Source: Diplonema japonicum (lineage: Eukaryota; Protista; Euglenozoa: Diplonemea). From it: 64,000 nucleotides of DNA. A program made the position numbers and the translations under genes. The first letter of the stretch is position 1; the number at the start of each line of letters is the position of its first letter. The stretch is taken from positions 124,001-188,000 of the forward strand of contig OZ025668.1 in NCBI GenBank assembly GCA_964019335.1, given 5' to 3'. Below, piece by piece: positions 54,524 through 64,000 of this stretch. The notes under the pieces were generated by a model. It did not search any database, was not told the origin of the DNA, and worked only from the letters and a program-made list of their open reading frames with translations.

Positions 54524-56257
54524 CCATTAAGCCCACAGGCAAAAAACCGAAAAAAGCCCATTTTTGAGGCGATTCCAAAAAATTCAAAAAAATGGCAGCA
54601 TTTAACGAGACATTCAGGTATCAGGGTTCCCCTGAACTGGCTTTTGAACTTATGATTTTTGACCCAACACCCTTTTTGGTAGGGGGGGGAAGACGAGTAG
54701 AAAAAAGTGCAAAATAAATAATAATAAAATGCACTAAAAACCCCTTGTAACACTATTCTAGCCCAGATTTAGCTTGCGTTTCACACCTCTCTGGCCAGTG
54801 GAGGGGGTCCGGGGGTCCATCAGTGAGTTTCTGGTACTTGTCGGTGTTTCGGGCTCCTGAAGATCATCCTCGGTGATGTCTTCGTTCAGGTGGTAAAGCC
54901 AAAAGCAAGGTGTGGAATAGAGGCACTTGCCACAGGTGGAACATTCATAGTCAGAGGACCTTCTGGGACCCATGCAATGATGGACTACGCACCTATTATG
55001 CTAATTTTTGCAGGAAATGCTCTTTTGATGCGGTCAAACCTTACATCCTTCGCGTCTTGTGGTCTCGATGGTGCAGGTTCTTTCCCCACGCATTTACAGA
55101 GGCCGTGTGCGATGCATTCTTCCAGTTCATTGAACTTGATGGGGGAATTAACGCTCTTCGCAAGTGCCCAGCAGTTGAAGAGGCTTTTGTCAAGCAGGAA
55201 CCTTAATATTTTCATCTGCCACCGGCGGCTTTGGACTACTTTGTGTTTCGTTGGGTGGCAGCGTCGTTCCCATCTTCCCATAAGGGAGGTGTAGGTTTCA
55301 ACGACCTTTGGATGGGAAAGGCGACCCTGGACTTCTTCTTTTCCTTGCCGACCCATCTTTGACGAGTGGCGGTCATCTTTGGCAAGGGGGTGCGCTCAGG
55401 AGAAGCACAAGCTTTCCGCCCTGCCACAAAAAAAAAGTGCATGCCGGGCCTGTTTCGTTGGAACACACGGAACTCTCCCCTTTTCATCACCTGCCCCCGT
55501 TCCTTGATAGTCCGGGAGGCCTTTCCCCAACGCTGCATCGCAGCTTCAACCAGCCAGCGGGCCTTGTAGAGTTTGTCATGCCGGGCTGATCTCATCTCGA
55601 TCAGGGCCCCGGGATGGGTCCTTGCACAGATACATGTTTCCAAAGAACAGCTCAAACTGGTTTCCGGACATGACGCGCGCAAACCCCTGAGTGAGCATAA
55701 TGGAGTCAGGATCGGTTTTCCAGTAGTCACGGAAGTTGGGACGGATGGTGAGGTCATTAACACCCATAGGCCCAGAAACGCTCGGATTTCGGCTTCCGTG
55801 ACTCTTTTGTCGATTTTGCGGCGCTCTAGGTGGTTGTTTGTGAATGCTGTCAGGCATCGGAGGGTGTATGGTGTAAAAAACGAATAAAAAAGCTGGGGAG
55901 GGCTCTTCCCTGTTGGATCGTCTGCTGGTTCGATTACACTGCCTCTTTCCACCCCCCAAGTACTACTAGACTCAGAACTACCATTTTCTGACATTTCTTT
56001 GCATTCTTCATCACTCACGACCAGCCCTCTGCTCCAGTCGAGTATTCTTCATTCTCAAATCATTTTTTCCCGGATTTTCGACATCTCAAATTCTTAAAAT
56101 AATGCTGAAAAAGGGCAGCATTTAGCCAAACAAAGTGGAAAAAATCGCGCAATGGCGTCAGAAAAGTGAAAGAAAGGTCATAATTTGACCAAAAGGCCTA
56201 TAGATTTTTTCTTTTTTTTTTTTTATGTCATATATATATGAAATGTGGGTTTAATGG
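54524..56257 (-). mobile_element. Decayed piggyBac transposon (1734 bp) with TIRs and TTAA target duplication
   Basis: TTAA|CCATTAAGCCCACA ... TGTGGGTTTAATGG|TTAA. Frameshifted transposase pieces EIRAFLGL, RDYWK, MSGNQFE, DKLYKARWL, RWQMKILRFLLD and the C-terminal Cys-rich YECSTCGKCLYSTPCFWLYH. Confidence 0.92.
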
Positions 56258-57278
56258 TTAAAAAAAAAAGGGAAAACAGAATTTGTCTAAAAGAAATATT
56301 AGAAAAGAAAAAAATGAAATAATCTTTTGTCAGGTCTAGGAGGAGGAATGTAGACAGGAGGACGGGAAGGGTATAAAGGGAATGGAAGAAGTGCTTTTTT
56401 ATTTTCTTTTTTTTTAAAGTTACCCTGCTTTTTTTTTTTTTAATATTTCTTTTTCTTTTCGTCTCTTTTTTTTTCTTTTTTTTTTTCTTCCCATGTTTGA
56501 TTCCTGGCCAACAAGGGAAAGAGGTGCTCCACAGCAGATGTGGGCAAACATTTATCAAAAAAGAATTAAATACCGTATTTTAAAAAAATTACTTAAGGTT
56601 GTTGAATAATTAGAATGAGCACTTTGCTGCGGTCTTTATGTAACAACTTAAATCTTTAAAAGAAGTTCCGGTCAGTTCTTAAATAATAATAAGTCAGGAA
56701 GAATTCCAGATATAGCGGATCATTATTAAAAAACCTAAGTATAGATTAATTTAAAATACGGTAAAAGACGGGTGATGGTAAAGAAAAAAAAATCTTTCAG
56801 GGGAAAAAAAAAAAAAAAAAAATCAAAAGAAAGGAAAGATATCCTTCAGGCGGAATGAAAATACTCAGAAACACGCAACATTGTTCCCCATTTTTTAGAC
56901 AAAGCCGAAAAAAAAAAAAAAAAAAAAAAAAAACTCGCTCTTACATTAGGGAAGGGATGTAGAAAGTGACCCCCCCCCCCCCCCCCCCTTCACCACCCAA
57001 CGGGGAAACAGTAGTTATTTCCTAGGAGCGGTGAAACCTGATCCAAAATTCGAAAAAAAAAAAGAAAAAAAAAAAGGGAAAAATGAGATATTGTTTTCTT
57101 CTTTCGTTCGAACTCCTATTTTCTTTTCTTTTTTTCCACGGTCGGATTGAAGGGGGGGGGGGGGGGGGGGGGAACGGAGGAAGCCTCTCAATCAGCTTTT
57201 CTTTTTTTCTTTAAAATCCCAATCTTTTTCTTTTTACCCCCCTCCCCCTTCCCTTTTCTTTTCATTTCTTTTCCACGT

Positions 57279-58740
57279 TCATTCACATTTGTACACCTAC
57301 GTTTTTGTTTCATTTCGGGGAAAAAAAAAAGCCCTCAAAACATACTTTTATTTTGTTATCAGACGACCCTGAAACAAGGAATCGCCCAGCAGGGTGGTAA
57401 CCTATGCACGAAACAAACGACATTTCCTGTACAGTAATGGTTCGCAAGCACCGCTGGTCAGAGAGAGACCAGACCTTGACGAGGCCATCATCGCTGCAGG
57501 ACAGCAGGAACTTACCGTTGACATGGAAGGAAAGGCCGCGCACCCAATCCTTGTGCCCGACAAGCTTGAGCACCTCCGTGTTGTTGGTGATGTTCCATAT
57601 TGTGATGATCTTGTCCCTCCCGCCGGAGGCTACGTATTCAGCTGCCACGGAACTGAGGTCTTGGTTGTCCATTTCATCGTCGGCTTCGTCTTTACCTTTT
57701 GCGTCTTCTACCTTTTTGAGGACCTCACACGCTGCTTGGTTGGCAGCAGCAAGGCATTCTATCACATGGTCGTGCCCGCCGATGATCCTCTCGTTGCGTC
57801 CGTCAAAAGTCCATTTTTTAACAAGGTGGTCGTCTCCACACCCTATCACGTGCTTTCCTATGATCTTAACGCTTCTTATCCATTCCTGCCCGGGGTTGCG
57901 GAACACCTTCTCCACACAGCTGTTCTGCACATCCCACATCCGTATCGTGCCGTCTCGTGAGGCTGACGCGAGAAATCGGCAGTCGGGCATCACCCACTCC
58001 ACGTGGGACACAGTGTGCTCGTGACCTTGAAGCCTTCTTATGCATGATTCGGTGGCGGTGTCAAATACTCGGATATCGGTGTCACTTTTTTTTTAAAATT
58101 TTATTTTGGGAATTGAGGGCATACTCGGAGCAGCTTGCAAGCCTCGCACCTGCCACGTCTATCGCCAGGCATTTCACCGCCCCTTCGTGTCCTATCAAGG
58201 ACCCCATGCCCTGCCCTGTTTCATAGTCCCATATTTTGATTTTCCCGTCTTCTGCAGAGCTGTACATGGCGGGTTGCGTGGGGTGGAAGACGATGCATGT
58301 GATTTCTTTGTTGAAACCGTGGCCCTTTTTTTATTTTTTTGTTTCGTAGAGGGGGGGGGGGGGGGGGGGGGGGGGAAACCTCAAGCGTATGAAGCAATTT
58401 GTTCGGTATGTAGTCGCGTTGTGCCACCGCTATTTTCACAGAGGTCGGGTCTTGCATCTCGTTGATTTGCGCTTCCAATTCTTTGTTCAACGTCTGTTTT
58501 TCTTTTTTTTTTCTTTTTTCCTTCTTCTTTTCTTTGTTCAAGTACCTCTGCCGCTGACAGTAGCTTCGCCGTTCTGAGTACGTTTGCGTACTTCCTTTCC
58601 AGTGCTGATGGGCCCTGCTGCTCCAGGGCTCTCGTGTGCATTTCTTCCTCAAACACCCTAACACTCTCTGAGTACCCAACAGCCTTCAGATAATCCAAGA
58701 TATCATTGTGCAGCGCCGCCCGCTTGCGCTCCGTAAGCAT
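57279..58740 (-). CDS. LIS1: LIS1/PAFAH1B1 dynein regulator (LisH, coiled coil, WD40), 5 exons
   Basis: MLTERKRAALHNDILDYL (LisH), LERKY, then WD repeats including LVGHKDWVRGLSFH. Introns 58545-58494, 58379-58325, 58124-58085 and 57345-57297 restore one frame ending KIKVYKCE*. Confidence 0.92.
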
Positions 58741-58914
58741 GGTTTTGGCTTTCCTATACCACACCCTGTGTTGTGAGGTTCAATGACAAGACGGACATTG
58801 CATTCAAAAAAAAGGGGGTACCATAATAGGTGAATTGAAACATTGGATCGGTATGGTGCTAAGAAGAACTAACCAGACGAAGAAGAAAGAAAGTGAAGGG
58901 GGAAGGGTAATCAG

Positions 58915-59340
58915 TTAACTGCCCCCGACGTGAGTGGGGGGTATTGCCGATTTGTGTTGAGGTATATTTCGTTTCTCATCAGGTGATGCGAGCGAAGGAA
59001 GACGGGATGAGAAGCAATATCCGCCCTGACAAGGAGCAGTGACAGAGCACCCCTGGCCACGACAGCAAAGCATCCAAGAGATGAAGCAGCAGAGAAGCAC
59101 AGCACCAACAATACTGCCCACCCCCAGCAGCGTCCCTGTGGTGGTCTCTTCACACTCTCCTACAAAAGATTCTGCTGAGTATGAACAGGTTTCGAATGGA
59201 CAGGAACATGTAGCTACGTTACTTGTATCCACCAAGTAGCACGCCTGGAAGCCCAAATCTACTAGATTCTGGTTCCGACTTTGGCACCCCAGCACACCCC
59301 CGAGTGCCGCTGTCAGCACCACCCCCCGCAGGGTATTCAT
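58915..59340 (-). CDS. Small Cys-rich type I membrane protein
   Basis: Signal peptide, Cys-rich ectodomain, TM helix followed by CC. Confidence 0.6.
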   Translation of the reverse strand: MNTLRGVVLTAALGGVLGCQSRNQNLVDLGFQACYLVDTSNVATCSCPFETCSYSAESFVGECEETTTGTLLGVGSIVGAVLLCCFISWMLCCRGQGCSVTAPCQGGYCFSSRLPSLASPDEKRNIPQHKSAIPPTHVGGS

Positions 59341-59663
59341 CTACCTGATGTGAGATGCAGCGGTTGATAACATCAACAAAATAGAAAATAAAAAAAAAGA
59401 AAGATGGGGGGTTTTTTTTTTCCTTTTTTTCTTTTTTCGTTTCATATGGACGGGTGGCGGGAAAGGACAGTGGGAGTGTTGCCCACTGAACTACAAAACA
59501 ACAACAACAACAACAATAACAGGTAAGAACTGGAATATAAAAAAAAAGGAGGGGGGATAAAAAAAAACCCTCATAAGTATAAATATAAAAAAAAATAAAA
59601 TAAAAACTACAATACAGAAATCGGGGAGGGCGTGGGAAACCCTTTTTTCTTCTTTTTCTGTTC

Positions 59664-62600
59664 TCAATTCCTTGACCGGAGAGGCGAGGTTGAATCAATG
59701 TGCGCACGGGGGGTTCGCGGTGTCTTTGAGGGGTGCTTTACGCAAGTAGATGGGTGGCTGGGGGGGATGCGGATAGGTGTCGGCCCGCCCCCGAACCGTC
59801 GGGATGCAGTGGTGAAGCGCTCTGCGGCAGACACGGACTTTGGCACATGACTCTTTGCCCAGTACTCATACACCGACTGGACATCCAGGAAGGAGCTGTC
59901 GTGCGTCACATCAGAGAGTACGGTGTGCCCCTCGGCTGCGACCGCGTGCAAGATGTTCACCATTTCTATCTTGTGGTTCTTGATTGCGACAGTGATTCTG
60001 TCACAGTCCTTGCTCAGGTCCTCCCACAGTGCTGGGTCTCCTTGGAATACGGCTGCGTTCCACTCAGGTGACACAACAGGAGCCCAGCTGCCCGTAACAG
60101 GACATTGCTGCAGGACGCTATTCCTCTTCGCGAACGACACCTTGCTCGTCAGCTGCTTCCCTAAGGTCGCACACAGTTCTGCCCTCACGTCGTGCAGCTC
60201 GTCTTGTGCACATCGCAAGCTCCTCAAGTCTGTTATCGCACTGCTGTAGGTGTACTTGCCATCATACGGGTAGTGCCCCTCATCCTTTAGCTTTGCGAAC
60301 ATGTCCACCACTTTCTCGCGCATCGTCAGGAACTGTGCCGGCGTGTACGTCCCGATGTTCCCCAGTTTTGCCGACAGCCCTGCAGCTTCTCTGTGATTTC
60401 TGTGTTGTGTTATGTTGCGTCATACCTTCGTGACTGATGCGTGCCTTTGTAGTCTGGCAAGATAGGCGACTTTGCGATCAGCTTGTCCTCGCCCCCCGTC
60501 CTCGGAGGCGACACCATGACGCCTGCTGCGTTAGTACGCTGCATGGGCGAAGCGTCTCTGACGGGCGATGACGACGACCCATCGAGGGGGGCCTTCATGG
60601 CAACCTTTGTGGGGCGTAAAATAGGCGCGCGGTCTGAAGCACTTTTCATCTGTTCAATGTCTGGGACCCCCGTGCAGCCCTTCCACACGTTGTCGGTGGA
60701 TGACTTCTTCTGGCATGCGTCTCTGTGGTGAAAGTTGTGCACGGTGGCCGACTGCTGCTCTTCGTAGAGGCGGATCTCCTCTAGGTGCGTGCGAGTGTCG
60801 GCAATGCGCTTTTTCCTCTTCACAATGTGGTCAGACCAGAACCTCACGGCACCCAGTGACTCCAGCCACGGCGTGACATGGCCCTCGAGGGAGTCCATGA
60901 ACAGTTGCAGGTAGTCGATCCGCTCCAGGAGCTCTTGCCTTTGCATGGCTTCCAGTTGCATGAGCAGCCTCCTGATATCTCTCTCCGTGTTGACGGCGAC
61001 CTTGAGCTGCACGAAACCTGTCTCGTACTCGAACAGCTGCTTGATCCTATCAAAGTCCTGGTTCCGTTGCGGCAGAACGACGTGCTTCCTGTCGTACTCC
61101 TCTGACTCCACTACAGCAGACTGCAGCGCCACAAGGAGGTCAACCTTCCACTGGTCCAGTGCATGCAATTCTTGGACGTAAATCATGCCCTTCTCTTCGG
61201 TGGCCTCTAGAAGCAGGTCACCTCGCTGCGCGTCATCTTGATCGCCCTTGATGCGCAGGATCCTTGAGTCTTCAAAGAGGTCTGCTCGCATTTCAAGGAA
61301 GTCCGTCATGCACTCGCTGTCCAACTGGTTGCGCTCCATCTCCTCCTGCTCGAAGATCTTGCTTTGCTCCGCAGCGAAGATCCGTGCCTGCTCCTGACGG
61401 ACCCTCTTTGCCTCCGCACGTGTGTCAGATGTCTTGGCAATCCACTCACGCAGCTCGCTCTGCACAACACGAGCGGCCGCTGCCCACATCTTCTTCCTCG
61501 TCACCTTCTCGGATATTGTCGTCCAGCTGTGCCTCTTCAGGCACACGATGTGGTCCTTCAACGCCTGCTCCCTGAGTGCCTCTAGGTGATGATTCGCCTC
61601 GTTCTTTAAGAACACACGTGTCTTCCCTGCCTGTGCCTTCTGCTTCTCTAGCCCTGCCGCAGCTAGGATCTTCTTACTGAACTCAGCCATCGTAGCTGCG
61701 GGCGAGTCCATCGACGGGTACGGGGGCTGCACGATGACCTTGAACCTGCTGATGAATTTTACGAACGTTGGCCGCACAGGGAATCCTGCCTTCCGGATCT
61801 TGACGGTTCCCAGCACGCCTGATGACTCCAGCTGGCTCATCATAGTGATACCATGCACCATAAGGGGCTTCTTGGCGGGGTGTGGCTTCACGCACCTGAT
61901 CCAGTGGGGGCTGGTGCTGTTAATAAGATTCATGAGCATTACGAGCTGCTCTCGGAAGAAGCCGCCCACTGTTACCTTCCTGGCGTTCTCATCGGGTTCT
62001 GGGAGGAGACTGGCGATGAGGGGCTTCTCCGAGGCGCGCATGAGGTTTTTCATAGCGGGCTTGAGCGTGTCGCGGTTTTTGTCAAGCCAGCCCTCTACAG
62101 TGTAGTTGACAGAGGCAGCGTAGTGGTTCACTATGAAGCTGTTTTTCGCAAGTTTCTTAGTGGCGAAGAAGGGGTTGGAGGAACATTGCTGGAGGACAGA
62201 GTCGAGGAAGGAGGAGTCCGTCCCCTTCCCCATGGAACACACGTCGTCGAGGAGGCCGAAGATGCCTGTCTTGTCCACCATGAGGCGCAGGCAGGGCCCG
62301 TTGTCGGGGCACTTCACCTCCGTCACGTCGATGCCTTCCGACCTGCACTCATCCATGTCCTTTGTGAATATGTAGGAATTGTAGTGGTTTTGCAGCGTCT
62401 CGTTTGCGAGGTTGATGCAGATCTGCTCGAAGGAGTTGTACTCGAAGTCCTCGAAGCCGAAGATGTCGAGCAACCCGATGAAGTTCTCCCCTGCTCCACA
62501 GTCTGTTTTTTCGTTTATTTTGTTCACCTCCCACCCGAACACAGCGTCGTAGAGAGCCTTGCATAGAGCGTCCCTGCCGTCTGCGGCCTTGACTTCATTG

Positions 62601-63811
62601 AGCTTGGAGGTGATGGGACCGTCTCGGGTCTCCATGGTGGAGGTCACGAGCTCGTGGGATAGAACGTCCAGAGCGGTGCCCCATTGCTGTGTGGCCTTGC
62701 CCAGCTTGTCCAGGCCTTCGGAGGTAACTTCGCAGCTATCGTCGTCGATGGCGCTGAAGGACACGCGGAGCATGTTGAAGATGCCGCCCACCACACGCCA
62801 CACCTCGTCGATGTTGTCATCGGTGAAGCCGCAGTTCTTCATGGCCTCCACACACAGCGTGTAGTCCTCTGCATCGTCCACACCTGCTATGTCGATACAG
62901 CCGCCTGCGTTCGCGTGTGTACTTTGCAGGTCCTCTGCACCGTAGCGGCCTGCGTCTGCCCCTTGTCCTAATAGGTAGAAGGCGTGGTACACGCGCTCTC
63001 CCGGCGTTGCGGTTACAATCCTGCTCTTTTCAAGAAGGTACTTGATAGTAAAGGCACCGACCAGGTTCCCAGCAGTGTTGAACTGTACCTTCATGAACTT
63101 CCCGAATCGCGATGAGTTGTTGTTCCGCACGGTCTTGGCGTTCCCAAAGCCCTCGAGGACAGGGGAGGCCTGGTTGATGGAAAATGCAATGGACTTGGCC
63201 TGCTCCTTGTCCTTGTCCTCGCCGTGCATGCATGACAGGCAACCCAGATACTTCATCACGATCTTGGCAGCCTCTGTCTTCCCAGCACCGGACTCCCCTG
63301 AGATGAGGATGGTTTGGTTCTCTTTATCACGACGCATGTCATGCCACGTGTTGTGCGCTTGCGACCAGGAGTGCGGGACGCAGTTTTTGACGACTTCACC
63401 CTCCTGGAGGTACTGCGGCATGTTGTTGTCGGTGTACCATGGGATCTTGAAGTTCCAAGGGTTCAGGGCCACCACGATGGCACCGATGTTGGTGTAGACA
63501 ACGTCCCTCATGTACCGCACGTAGAGGCAGCGTTGGATTGTTGCATCATGTAAGACAGTCAAGTCGAGCAGATCGTCGACATCTTCATCAAGAACATCCT
63601 CTCGTACCGGCCAGACCTTGTCGTCGCCTACCTTCGACGTTGCCAGCCCCGCTACTTTTGTTGCTGAAAATTCTGCCCCTTTCACCGTGAAGAGCTTCCC
63701 ATCGTCGCCTTCCACTTCACCTATCGCCCATCCGTGGTTCTCCTCCCAGTAGTACACGCGGCTACCGGCACAGCAGAGGTCCCTGTTCAGCTTTTCTTCT
63801 TCCTTAATCAT
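59664..63811 (-). CDS. Myosin heavy chain, kinetoplastid Myo21/class XIII-like, with coiled-coil and novel tail
   Basis: YTNIGAIVVALNPWNFKIPWY, GESGAGKT, NNNSSRFGK, LLDIFGFE, IRCVKP. A 35-nt intron (60425-60391) joins the 60323-59664 ORF in frame. Confidence 0.92.
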
Positions 63812-64000
63812 ATTTTCTTTTTCTTGGGGACCTTTGAAGGCAATGTGGCTTGGATGGGTTGATGGTTGGGAAAAAAAAAAAAAAAAAAGAAATAATCTTT
63901 TCTTTTTCTTTTTTTTTCGTTTTTCTTTCCTTGCCTTTTTTTTTTCTTTTTTTTTCCTTCCTCCCTTTTATTTTTTCTTCTTTTTTTTGACCGTGGTATA

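Noticed and set aside
1-64000. tRNA, rRNA, snRNA genes or CRISPR arrays
   Set aside because: No cloverleaf, conserved snRNA motif or regularly spaced repeat-spacer array found by eye; small snoRNAs cannot be excluded.

Overview
Eukaryotic nuclear DNA, most likely a euglenozoan of the diplonemid type. This is inferred from a Myo21-like myosin, receptor-type adenylate cyclases, a one-strand gene cluster and tiny GT-AG introns. All ~22 protein-coding genes lie on the minus strand. Some are packed 80-160 bp apart; others are separated by gene-free tracts of A/T/G/C homopolymers. Recognisable genes are Ataxin-2/Pbp1 (with a poly-HQ region), RINT1/TIP20 carrying a CysRS-C-terminal-like module and a Zn finger, a DUF2608-like HAD protein, two receptor adenylate cyclases (active plus degenerate cyclase domain; multi-TM versus Kelch-EGF sensors), Vps62, a discoidin/F5-8 protein, an ankyrin protein, a PAN/Apple membrane protein, MER3/HFM1, a class V aminotransferase, LIS1 and a myosin. 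Introns reconstructed by hand are mostly 27-63 nt, and many have A- or A/C-rich rather than pyrimidine-rich 3' ends. The intergenic DNA holds an APE-type LINE family (a 3' fragment and an internally deleted copy), a SINE-like family sharing the LINE 3' end, four co-oriented ~40-nt hairpin elements, a decayed piggyBac with TTAA TSDs and a 1.06-kb TIR element. The best candidate for an undescribed system is this set of retroposon-derived short structured elements sitting downstream of genes in a probably polycistronic unit. All family calls come from motif recognition; no database searches were run.
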